DNA of 64,000 bases, from positions 101,558,001 through 101,622,000 of the forward strand of contig NW_024704742.1 of assembly GCF_018977255.1 (NCBI RefSeq), read 5' to 3'. Shown here piece by piece: positions 12,049 to 23,902 of the stretch. The stretch is from Callorhinchus milii. Lineage: Eukaryota. The translations under genes and the position numbers were made by a program. A model generated the notes under the pieces. The model saw nothing but the letters and a program-made list of their open reading frames with translations. It did no database searches and was not told the origin of the DNA. The first letter of the stretch is position 1. Each line of letters starts with the position of its first letter.

Positions 12049-12509
12049 TAGGCGCCTTACTTGAGGTTGTTAATAATCATTCCTGTAAACTTCAGGTTGT
12101 AAGTAACATCATGGTGCGCCTTGCTTTGGCTGAAAAGGCTGCAATTCTTCATATCTTCCTCGATGCTGTTGCTGTAATTCCTCCTGTAGCCTGCTATTCC
12201 CCTGCCATTTTCATACAGGAACATTATGTTGATACACAACTCACCCATCAATGAGGACCAATTAAGGTTTTAATGGTGAAAATGTTTCAATGCTGGAAAA
12301 AAGACCTCTGAAATTCAGCTCAAATTTTCATACAGTTTGGATTTTATTCTCCAGATACCTTCATTAACTCTACAAATGTTTGACCCAAATTTATCCCCAG
12401 TAATTTTTATTGAGAAGAAGCATGGTGGGCTTGTGGTCGGCTGAGTGTCAAGCATTAACAATCTATGATATTCAGAATTGAAATGATTACCAAATTTGTG
12501 GAGTCCTGT

Positions 12510-12837
12510 GGAGTCCTGTAGCTCAGTGGTTGAGCACTCGCTTTGCAAGCGAGAGACCTGAGTTCAATTCCAGGCAGGGCGAAACCTTGGGCAAGTTTCC
12601 TTACTCCACACGCCTAATAATAATCCCTCCAAAACCCAAAACAATAATAAATTGGTCATTTTCAATCCACGACTGTTTGTGGGACATTGCTGTGCGCAAT
12701 TGGCTGCCGCATTCGCCCACAAATATACAGTCAATTCACTTTACAGTGTGTTCTGTGAAGCGCTTTGGGACGTCCTCCCGACGTGAAAAGCGCTATATCA
12801 AATGCAAGGATTATTATTATTATTATTATTATTATTA
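12510..12837 (+). mobile_element. Young tRNA-Ala(TGC)-like SINE, short form, full length
   Basis: A box TAGCTCAGTGG, anticodon arm CTCGC-TTTGCAA-GCGAG, B box GTTCAATTCC, L2-like 3' stem-loop, (TTA)n tail. Confidence 0.95.
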
Positions 12838-13416
12838 AATTTCCAAAGACATAATGAAGACAAATGAAGCCCAAAACAGATATGTATGTATATTGCCTGT
12901 TATGAGAATATCAGGTTTTTTTCCCTTGCTATAAACATCAGTCAGCTAACAACTATATACATCCCAAGTCCAGGTACAGAAGATGTAGCATAAATTTCTG
13001 TTGATCTTAATGTCTTGATTTGCATGACTTATTCCAAAGGTCTCACGGGACTAATTCCCAGTGAACAGTTGTTCACTCTCTGCAACTGAATGGCCCTAAA
13101 AAAATGTTTTACTTTAATAAATTGTCAGAGGGAGGTTGAAAGTTCCAGCTCCATGTTATGCAACTCCAAATATTAGCAAACTGCAAATATATATTTAACA
13201 TTACGTCTTTACCAATAAGAAGAGATGAAACCATAGAATGTAAAGCCATTCAACCCTCCAAACCCATTTCTTCTATAGATTAGGTTATTAATATTCTCTA
13301 TATATATTTGGAATATCATATTCCATAGTTTATATCTGTTCTAAAGACGAAATGAGTTTGAAGCGTTCAATGGCCTTTGCTGGACTACTAACCCCCATCT
13401 GCAACTCACTATTGTT

Positions 13417-13745
13417 ATAATAATAATAATAATAATAATAATAATCCTTGCATTTGATATAGCGCTTTTCACGTCGGGAGGACGTCCCAAAGCGCTTCAC
13501 AGAACACACTGTAAAGTGAATTGACTGTATATTTGTGGGCGAACGCGGCAGCCAATTGCGCACAGCAATGTCCCACAAACAGTCGTAGATTGAAAATGAC
13601 CAATTTAATTATTGTTTTTTTTTTTGGAGGGATTATTATTAGGCGTGTGGAGTAAGGAAACTTGCCCAAGGTTTCGCCCTGCCTGGAATTGAACTCAGGT
13701 CTCTCACTTGCAAAGCGAGTGCTCTAACCACTGAGCTACAGGACT
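13417..13745 (-). mobile_element. Young tRNA-Ala-like SINE, short form
   Basis: Near-identical reverse complement of 12510-12837. Confidence 0.95.
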
Positions 13746-14082
13746 TATAATAATAATCCTTGCATTTGATATATATAGTGATAAGTCACGTCTTTAAAAT
13801 GTTTAAAATGCTTCACAGAATGTACTGTAAAGTGAATTGACTGTATATGTTGTGGGAGAAAAGAAACATTTGTGCACAGCAGTTTCCCACAAACAGTCGT
13901 GGATTGAGTGACCTAAATATTTTTTAAATCCTTCATTCAACTAACAACCATGTTCCCACTTACGCTAGGTAAACAGGGGTATCTGGAACAAGGAAATTTG
14001 CCTAACATTTCCCCTGCGTGAATCAAACCCAGGTCTCTAATTTGTGAGGCAAGTCCTTTAACCACTGAGCAACAGGACTCCA
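13746..14082 (-). mobile_element. Older tRNA-like SINE, long form
   Basis: Same head and tail but more diverged, with the extra internal segment (CAACTAACAAC...CTAGGTAAACAG). Confidence 0.85.
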
Positions 14083-15039
14083 TTTATAATAAATAATAAT
14101 GAAGTAATTATGAAGAAATCCCATTAGAAACTGTTGCATTGTGGACCACAACTTATTTTATGAATAATAAATGTTTTCACACTGTACTTACATGTGGAAT
14201 TTTCACTTGATCTGAAAACCTTCTTGGCCTTGGTGACAGACTGAAATCTTCATAAAAACGAGTTATCTTAAAAAAATGCCAGCCACAATTTTTCCAGCGC
14301 TTAGGTTTAGAAAAACACTGTTGTAACATTTGAGATTATGCACAATTTTCAAGAAAAGTCTCGAATTCAATCCTACTTTGGAAGCCAATTTTCAGCAGTT
14401 CTGTTAAGTGTGCAATGTACATGCTGCAGAGGCTTGTGCTGCAGTGTGCCTTATTGGGTTGCTTCTGCTTGAACGGAGAAAATTACTTTTACTGTTACAT
14501 GTTCTCCAAACCTAACTCTGCTCCCAGATTCAGGATCCTTTCAGGATTCCCAGGAAAATGTATTCCAGTACAAAGCTAGAAATCAAATAAATAAAATTGA
14601 TCTACAACTGTTTGTGGGACTCTGCTGTGCGCATTTTGCCCATAAAATACAGAGTCCATCCACTTTACAATATATTATGTGAAGTGCTTTGAGATGTCTC
14701 AACGACAACGACAAGGTGCTGTATCAAATACAAGGATTATTATCATTAGCATTGTTATTAACAGCTCACATCTGAATTTAAAGGGATGGAATAGAGGAAG
14801 TACTGTAGTGTGAAACCAGCGTTCCAACAGTTGTCATTTTTAGAGAGATTAAAGTCTTAAAATTTAAGATTTTGTGGAATTTTGAAAATTTCTCTACTTC
14901 AATCTTAACTTCAAAGTTGATTTTCGTCGCTTCCAAACTTTTGATTTCACGTTCACAATCCTACACCCGAAATTCTTGCCACAAAATAATAAGGTTTGCC
15001 TTTAATTTTGTGGTGCAGTTATTTACAATTCAAATGCTA

Positions 15040-15530
15040 TGTTTATGGAATGCTTCCCAACTTCCCTCTTTCCTCTCCCAGCATTCCCTCCATGAACCCC
15101 TCCAATCTAGGTTTTGTGCTGCTCACAGCACAGTGACACCCATGATCAAAGTGACAAATAATATTCTGTCCATCTGCAACCAGTGCTCCCTCTGCCTATC
15201 TCTCTGTCTGCTTGTCCTCCTCGACCTCTTGGCCGCTTTCGATACTGTTGGCCATTCTATTCTTTAACCCCTCTCCTGTCACCTCCACCTTAATAGTTCT
15301 GTTCTTGCCTGGTTCCATTCCTACCTTTCCCACCATCTGCACTTTGTGGCCACCAGCAGCTTTTTCTCTAGCCTTCACACAGTTACATGTGGTGTCCCTC
15401 AGGGCTCTGTCCTCAGGCCCCTTCTCTTCAATCTATACATGCTCCTGCTCAGCAATATCATCCACAGGCATGGGGGCAATTTCTACGTGTATGCAGATAA
15501 CAACTAACTCTATCCCGCTGCCTCCACCCT
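15040..15530 (+). mobile_element. L2-clade RT fragment (older)
   Basis: LHEPLQSRF...HST...LLVLLDLLAAFDTV; GVPQGSVLRP; degenerate YADNN. Confidence 0.85.
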
Positions 15531-15544
15531 CAACTGTAGGATTG

Positions 15545-17162
15545 TCCAATGCCAACTGCAAGGCAATGCTGGACATGCTCAAATCCAAAGTTGAGGGGAT
15601 CCGCTCACCTGCCTCTGCCCTTCCACCAACTACACTCTTCCCATGACCCCCTCCCTCCCCGGCCCCAATCATCCCTCCCTCCACACCTTAAAATCCGTCT
15701 CCCACTCCTCTCTCACTACCAATATAACCGCATGAAACCAACCACCTGCTCCCTTGACCCCCATCCCTACCCCTCTTCCTATCTCCCAGCTCCACCTCTT
15801 TGCCACTCTATTCACAGACATTATAAACCTCTCCCTGCCCACTCCAATCCGGCTTCCTCGCTGCCCACAGTATGGAAACAGCCCTGGTCAAAATCACTGA
15901 TGACATTCTGAACATCTGTGATCAGGGCTCCCTCTGCCTCCTCGTCCTCCTCGACCTCTCTGCCGCCTTCGACACTGTCGACCACTCTATCCTCATACAC
16001 CGCCTCTCCACCTTATTCAAGCTTCACGGACCTGCCCTTGCCTGGTTCGATTCCTATCTCTTTCAACATCTCACTTTGTTGCCTTTAACGGTTTCTCTTC
16101 CAGCCCCCGCACTGTCACGTCTAGCGTACCCCAGGGCTCTGTCCTTAGCCCTCTCCTCTTTAATATCTACATGCTCCCCCTTGGTGACATCATCCGCAGA
16201 CATGGGGTCAACTTCCACATGTATGCGGATGACACCCAACTCTATCTTTCTGTCTCTACCCTCAACTCCAGGACCACTGCTGTCCTGACAGACTGCCTGT
16301 CGGACATCAAATCCTGGATAAGGGCAAATTTCCTACAGTTGAATGTGAACAAGACTGAGGCCCTCCTGATTGGCTCGCGCTAGAGCCTCCATGATTGCTC
16401 TACAACTCACCAGCCAGTCAGGAACCTAAGTGTCTTGTTCGACCCTCAACTGTCTTTTCTTCCCAACATCCAAGCCATGACCCACTCTGCCTTCCCTCAC
16501 CGCCATAACATCGCCCGACTCCGCCACTACCTCACCCCTCAGGCCACTGAAACTCTTGTTCATGCCTTCATCACCTCCAGGCTCGACTATGCAAATGCCC
16601 TGCTTGTCGGCCTTCCCAACTCCTCCCTCCACAGGCTGCAGGTAATCCAGAACTCTGCAGCCCATGTCCTCTCCCGCATCGAACTCCGTGACTCCATCTC
16701 CCCCACTCTCGCCCAACTCCATTGGCTTCCTATCCTTCAGAGGATCCAGTTCAAGATCCTGGTCCTCACCTACAAAGCCCTCCATTGTCTCGCCCCACCC
16801 TATCTCTGCGACCTCCTAAACCCCTACCAACCCGCCCGTTCCCTCCGCTCAGCCGGATCTGGCCTGCTCCACGTCCCCCAACCCACCCGTCTCACCATTG
16901 GCAGGAAAGCCTTCAGCCACTCTGCCCCCAATCTCTGGAATTACATCCCCCAGTCACTCTGCCTCGTCCCCTCCTTAGCCTCCTTCAAGTCCCGCCTCAA
17001 GACCCTCCTCTTTGACAATGCCATCGGCCACCCCCCTTCCCATCCCCTCCCTTCTCCCCCCCCCCCGACCCCAGCTTGGTCTGAAATGCTTTACACTGTC
17101 CAGCGCCTTGGGACGTCCTCCCGACGTGAAAGGCGTTATACAAATGTAATCTTGTTGTTGTT
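15545..17162 (+). mobile_element. L2-clade LINE, 5'-truncated, RT domain to 3' tail, frameshifted
   Basis: [10 protein letters not shown]...[16 protein letters not shown] (ORF 15872), [10 protein letters not shown] (ORF 16171), SRLDYANALL...LHWLP (ORF 16435), 3' stem-loop and (TTG)n. Confidence 0.95.
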
Positions 17163-17627
17163 CTTGGCCGACTTCACTGGCTCCCTATTCCTCAGAGAAT
17201 CAAATACAGACCCCTTGTTCTTACCTTCAAGGCCCTCCATGGTCTTGCTGCCCCCTATCTCTCCAACCTCATAACCCCATACCAGCCTGTCCACTCCCTC
17301 TACTCGCTGGACCCCGGGCCTGCTTCAGGTCCTCCACACTGCCCGTCCCACTATTGGTCGGGCATTCAGCATCTCTGCCCCCAAACTCTGGAACTCTATC
17401 CCGCAATCCCTCTGCCTCACCCCATCCCTTGCCTCCTTCAAATCCCGTCTGAAGACCTGCCTCTTTGATCATACCTTCGGCCACCCACCCACCCCCACCT
17501 TTGCCCTCCTCCCCTTCTGACCCTAATTCCCAGCTGGGGTCCAAAACCCGACAGTCGTCCAGCGCTCTGGGAAGTTTTTTCTGACATGAAGGGCACCGGA
17601 CAAGTGTAATTTGTTGTTGTTGTTGTT
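17163..17627 (+). mobile_element. L2-clade LINE 3' fragment in tandem with preceding copy
   Basis: Restarts at the LHWLP-coding segment directly after the previous tail and ends in (TTG)n. Confidence 0.9.
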
Positions 17628-17744
17628 GCACAGCTGTTCATTTGTTCAATTGTTCATAGCATTCAAGTTCCAAATGAGATGCTTTAGAAGTTTCAAGTGT
17701 TCTTTATGGGAAGTGCACCATCATTGCTGTTGTTTTTAACAATC

Positions 17745-18205
17745 AAGCAAAGGGAAAAGGTGGAGATGACCATAGTGGTAGGTTGTAAGGTGGGATTAAA
17801 AGAAAGATAAAGAGGGGGCAAGGCAAAGGGATTGAGACAAGAAGTCCAAAAGGTCAGGGGCTTAGTGGCTGAAGGAACGGCCACTGATGGTGGAGCAGAA
17901 AGAGTTGGGGACGTGCAGCAGGCTCTCTCTCAGTGTGAATGGAGCAGGCAGAGGAGTGGGGTATGAGCTGGTCAGTAAGTTAGGGAAGTGTTAGAGTGTG
18001 AAGAGATTTGTACTTGAGTGTGAGGATCTTTTGAATCAATTTCAAGCAGGGCAAAACCTTAGCCAAGTTTCCTTACTCCATATGCCTAATAATTATCCCT
18101 CCAAAACAAAACAATAATAAATTGGAGAGAGGGGACACCTGGGTGATGGATGTGTGGAAGTTGAGAGTTGCTAGGATGTGGGCAGCAGAGGTTGGATGAG
18201 GTTTG
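17745..18205 (-). mobile_element. Old L2 fragment containing an internal SINE piece
   Basis: GA-rich reverse complement of L2 C-terminus; SINE-derived 18037-18125 embedded. Confidence 0.65.
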
Positions 18206-18276
18206 AATAAAAAATGCTTTTAATTTTAACCAGAACAGACATGTATGAAAGTATTGCATATCTTCTGAAGTAGCAT

Positions 18277-18590
18277 GGAGTCCTGTAGCTCAATGGTTAG
18301 AGCACTCGCCTTGCAAGTGAGACACCTGGGTTCAATTCCAGGCAGGGCAAAACCTTGGACAAGTTTCCTTACACCACACGCCTAATAATTATCCCTCCAA
18401 AACAAAACAATAATAAATTGGTCATTTTCAATCCACAACTGTTTGTGGGACACTGCTGTACACAATTTGCTGCCAAGTTTCACCCAAAAATATACGGTCA
18501 ATTCACTTTACAGCATATTCTGTGAATCGCTTTGAGACGTCTTGAAGACGTGAAAAACGCTATATCAAATGCAAGGATTATTATTATTAT
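18277..18590 (+). mobile_element. tRNA-Ala-like SINE, short form, older tail loop
   Basis: Full head to (TTA)n; tail GAGACGTCTTGAAGACGTGAAAAACGC. Confidence 0.93.
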
Positions 18591-19104
18591 GCTTCCTATT
18601 ACTAAGGCAGTTTTCAAATAATATCTCTAACTTTTAATAAACCTTAACCTTGAAAGGTCTGAGATGTGGAATATATCAGTATAATGTTGGGGTGGATATT
18701 TGAATCTGCCATTGTTATTCAGCAATATTGGATCATTCAGACAAGTGATGGATGTGAAAAATATAAAAAACTTGTATAGTTTCCTTATGTTTTCATAGAT
18801 CTTTTCACAGGAGTATGAACATTCTTTCAACACACCCATAGTTCTGAGCTGATCAATCATACCTCAAAAGAAGTCATGATTTGAAACATACCACCCAATC
18901 CCAAACAACTCATGTGTCAAAGCAAAGTGACAATTTCTTTACTGAACTGACAATTAATCTAAAAACAATGAAGTCAACTTTTCAATACTTGTCATGGGAC
19001 TATTAAAAAGATCAGAACTTTATGACTTTCTTTCTAATCTGGAATTCGTAAAAATACACTGAAAATCAATGTTATTTTCACATACTAAAACGACAACAAA
19101 TTAC

Positions 19105-19325
19105 AACAACAACTTGAACCTATATGGTACCCTCCACGCAGAGTAGCGCTTCAGAGGGCTTAACACTGGCGGAGTCTAACTCCGAATTGGGGAAGAGGGA
19201 GGTGACCGTAAGCACGGTCGAAAAGGAAGGTTTTCAGGCGGGGCTTGAAAAAGGGGAGATAGGGGGCAAGGCGGAGGGGTTGAGGGAGATCGTTCCACAA
19301 TTTTGGGGCATAGTGGCTGAAAGTG
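19105..19325 (-). mobile_element. L2 3' fragment (older subfamily)
   Basis: Reverse complement of the 1700-1900 type end. Confidence 0.8.
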
Positions 19326-22300
19326 CAAATTAAATTAGTACAGTGCCTTTCACGTCAGTAGGACGTCCCACGGACATCCCAAAACAAGTTCATTTCTTTT
19401 AGAAAAAGTAAATCTATTCAAGAAATTCAGAAACTGCCTGTTTGTGTGAAGTAAATGGTGTCATACAGCATATCTTTGAGCCAGTGACTTTACTCAGGAA
19501 AATAGCTCCTAACTGGCTCAGAAACTCACCAATTCATTTATTGCTTAATTATAATCTGCCAGAAAGTTGTCTTTGCTTTAGATCATTTTGATTAAACTTA
19601 ATATGTTCTCCCAACAATAATGCCACTCACCAGTGTTAAAATAACATCAATTTACATTTAAATAGTGTATTTTATATTGAGAAGATGTCTCAAAGCGCTT
19701 CACACAGTTGACTTGGCACTACTGTTCCTGCAGCTGTCTCAAGGCAAAATGTTGCCAAAAGAGTCTTGGACTTCATTCTAATCTGATTCAAGTTGTATTG
19801 CTTCACAACTTCCAGTTTTATCCCAATTTAATTGGAACTTCTGCAGGAAACAGACAAAACAAATTATCCCAAAGGCATGGGAAATGACCCAAGCCTGAAA
19901 TCCAGATTGTTCTGTTTGTAATTGACTGAAATGAAGTTGAATTTAAATTGTAAAGTACCAATTGAGTAACACATGAAAATTTTTGAGAAGTGAGTCTCTT
20001 TGATTCCTATTTTTTAAAAATTGCTCCTTACAAAAATTCTGGAATTTTCCAGAATAATTCAGTCAGTTTTGGAAATGTTCTGGAAAAATGTTTTAAAAGA
20101 TACAATGCAATGCAAATTTACATTTATATAGCGTCTTTCATATCGGGATCCAGAAGATCTGGAAGATTTGTAACAAGTGTAGTCGTGGAGCTGCTGAGCA
20201 ATGCTAGGAGAACCAGTTCAGTGAGGAATGCCTTTTTGAGGCTATTCTCTGCTTGGGGGATAAGGCTGTCACCTGAATATTTATTACCTGTTCAGGTGAC
20301 AGGCAATAACCAGCCTCTGAATTTTCAAACATGCAAAAGCTGTAATTACTCAGTAAAACATTCTAGATGTTAGTTCAGCTCAATTAAAGCACCGCAGACT
20401 ATACTTAATGAGAAGTTATGGAAACTCTGCCACGATTGGGTTCACAATGCTTGTTTTCCTCATTTGATACCCGGAGAGAGGAGTTGGACAATTATACCCT
20501 GCATTTAAAACTCTTTCACAACATTAACTGCTCTTCTACAGACAAAATGATTCTGTGCCATTCTCGGTGGCAACGGCTTTACTTTACCATTACGGAAAAC
20601 AAAGTCACTCAATCAGCAAAGACCATCAATAACCATTGTTAAGTACTGTAACAAGCAGCAACTGAGCCCCTTGACTCTTTTAAATACCAAACAGTAACAC
20701 TGTCAACTGAGAATAAAACTAAAGTATTAGAGATGATTTGCCAGGGTGAATGGCACTCCAATGCAGTGCTGGTACTATTTCTGTTTGTCCAGAATGTGTG
20801 GAATAAATGCAGTGGGACAACAAAAATAATATATTTAAGGTATTCTTTTCTCTGCAGCAGATGTTTGAAGAATCAGTATGGGATTTTAGCAGGGATAAAC
20901 TCATAAATAATCAGTGTGTATTTACTGAACAGCTTATACCAATGCTTGCTGAAGCTTAAAGTATTCAGGGTTGAAATTCCATGCACTACCTGGCAACTGT
21001 GAATATCGATTTGGAATTATATTTGGGGAGTGAATTACAACAAGAAAGTGAATTTCCATTTCAAATCCTGTGGGTAGGTTTGAGGGTGAGAACACATTGC
21101 CACTGCACATCAAAATATCCCTTTTCACAAGATTACAAGATGGATCTGGATAAAGAAAGCCCTTCGCCTCATCCGATCTCATCCCTCCAGGACACCCACC
21201 CGACCATCCTCTAGCACAGCATCAAGCTGGTTTATAAATAAGCCTAGAGTCATGTTTTATGTCACACTAATCCATGGAAACTCTACTCCCACTCAATTAA
21301 CCAGTGGCAATTTCGGAGCTCAGTGGGAATTCTTATAGGATGAATGTCGATTTATCTGGAGAATTGTTTGTTGCAAATGCTGATGGATTTTAGTCTGCGC
21401 TTCAAACCTTGCAATATCAACAACAACAACAAAATTACATTTGTATAACGCCTTTCATGTTGGGAGGACGTCCCAAGGCACTTCATTAACAATAATTATT
21501 TATAATCCCAAAGTAATTTTCCACTGGCACACCTAATAAATAGTACAGCCTAGTTTCTGAATGGCAGTGCTCCAAGAGAAGAAAAAGATTAAAAGCCTTT
21601 GAGACACAATTGTTAATTCAAAACAGATTGTTCTCTTCTGAAAGCATAATAAAAGGCAACACTTGGAATGATGCATTGGATAGGGCAAAAGGGAGAGACA
21701 AAATAGCTTTAGCTACAGGATATTATCATTGCTCTTGGAGCTGAGCTGACTTTGTGAACATTGAATCACAAAGAAAGAGCTTAGACCACAAATGCATCAT
21801 GAATCCAGGAAATGAAGTTTAAAACACGATACCCAAGTGAGAAATCCCTTATTCCTATTATTTTCTATTATTTCTAACTGCTTGAGTTATGAAACCTATT
21901 AACTATACCTTATTATGCCCATAAAGGAACTGCTTTGTGGTCTGAATGCCATACTTGGGGAAAACTCACAATAAGGTGATATATAGTGAGAGGAAGCCTC
22001 CTCATTCTGGAGGAGTGTATGGTAGCTTTACAGTCATGCAGAAAGGCTTCCACATGACTTGAGGGTCTCTGAAATGATAGACCCTGATATAGTATGAGGG
22101 AGAGGTGCTCATTTTCCACCAGTAAAGTGAACAGGTTGACTACAAAACCTATTTGCTCTGGTAACTGTGTCTAGCCCACTTGCAAAGTATAATGCAAGAT
22201 AAACATATCAGTGACTATTTGGGTGATCTCATGCTCTACACTGTTACTGACCTTTACATTAGCTTTCTAGAGTAGATATTCATCTTCTTCTATGTCTTTT

Positions 22301-23399
22301 GGGCATTGGGGAAAATGTTGAACATTAACAGTCTTGTGTGCATGATGTTGCATCATTTGCGGTTTCAGAATTTTGATCATCCCAAGTGAAACTTGTAGTT
22401 CCCATATGACTGCATTATTGCAGAAAAGATCCTGTAGGAGGCTCTGGCAGCACCTGACGGAATTTCTGCTGCTCCCCAGTACAGTAGGTGACAACTACCT
22501 AGTGGTTCGATGACATTTTCTTAATTGGGGATTATCCTTCTTCGTAATCCTGTTCACTGTGCTCCAAGATAGTTACATGCTCAAGGATGGTTGTGGAAAT
22601 GCTAGATGAAAATAACATCTGTTTGGAAATATAATAAAGGGTTTTCTGGATATTAAGTCATAATATTACGCATAAATTGGAATTCGAGAAATACTGCTGC
22701 CAATTCAAGACAAGCAGAGTATGATCTGTTCAGGTTTGGGTTATATGTAAAGAGTTTTCTGCATATGTATTAGAGACTTCATAAAATATCACAAGAATAT
22801 TGTTACAAATAGCTGTCTTCAAGTACATTTTAATCATTGGGATACGGTTGGGGACTTATCAGCCCGATTGAAAACTGGTGATGAATTGTCTCCCTTATTA
22901 ACTATTTTGAACAGCTTAGCTTTCATTACATTCTTGTGCACTTCTGCCTCTTTGGTATCCTTTGTATACCTTGTAGAATTGAATTCACTTTTTATTACAC
23001 ACTTATGACATAACTTATTCACTTCCTGCAGCCGTATGATAGTCTAATTAGATTTTCCAGATACCATAGATCCTCCCTGAAGATAGAACCATTAAATTAA
23101 CCTCCAAGAAAACATTTGAATTGAAGAAGCTGCTTAACTTGTATAAACAGTTCCTGATTTTGTGAAACATTAATTGCCTCTGACTTTCCTTTTTGACTCC
23201 ATCTGGGGTTTCACTGACTCTACAGCCAGCAGTGCACTCATCAGCATACATACAGTATCTAACTGAGGTATTAGATTTGATTCATTTTCAATAGCTTCTA
23301 AATGTGCACATTAACACTATTCGGATGGTAAGTTAAGATGCTCCATGTTCAGAACGACAGCATTCCTGCCTTATAATAATAATAATGTAGTGCCTTGTC

Positions 23400-23902
23400 A
23401 CGTGGGTGAAAAGTATGTAGATACAAGATGTGGGCCAAGGGGATGGAAGTGAGAGGACAACTGAGGCATAGTCAAAGAGGAAGATGTTGGGACGGATGTT
23501 GAAGGAAGTGAGTGTAGGGGTGAGTTAAAGGGACTCCAGGATGGAGTTCCAGAGGGTGGAAGTGGAAAGGCGGAAGGCTCGATCGCCAATGGTGTGGCAA
23601 CTTGGGCAGAGGGATGTGTATCAGGCAGAGCAGAGCACGGAGGGAGCAGGCAGATTGGTAAGGTCGCAGAGGTAGGGTGATGCAAGATGTGGAGGACTTA
23701 AAAGGTGAGCATAAGAATCTTGAACTCGATCCTCTGGGGGATGGGGAGCCAGTGGGGCCAGGCAAGAATGGAAGTGATAGGAGCCTGGTGTTGGAGAGGA
23801 CACAAGCTGCAAAGTTCTGAATAGTCTGCAGCTTGTGGAGGGAGGAGTTGGGAAGTCCGGCAAGCAGAGAGTTAGCATAGTCAGGTCTGGATGTGATAAA
23901 CC
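23400..23902 (-). mobile_element. L2 ORF2 C-terminal fragment
   Basis: FITSRPDYANSLLAGLPNSSLHKLQTIQN (ORF 23472). Confidence 0.88.

Noticed and set aside
12057..12251. Minus-strand ORF ending at a gtaag donor
   Set aside because: No convincing acceptor and no recognisable protein
12510..12582. tRNA-Ala gene
   Set aside because: Continues into a SINE body and LINE-like tail; many dispersed copies in the window
12530..12838. Recurrent ORF ...KRFGTSSRREKRYIKCKDYYYY (also 13330, 58036)
   Set aside because: Translation of the SINE and its (TTA)n tail, not a gene family
16435..17274. 279-aa ORF as a host or domesticated gene (also 53926-54681)
   Set aside because: C-terminal part of L2 ORF2 in 5'-truncated copies; upstream RT is frameshifted or absent
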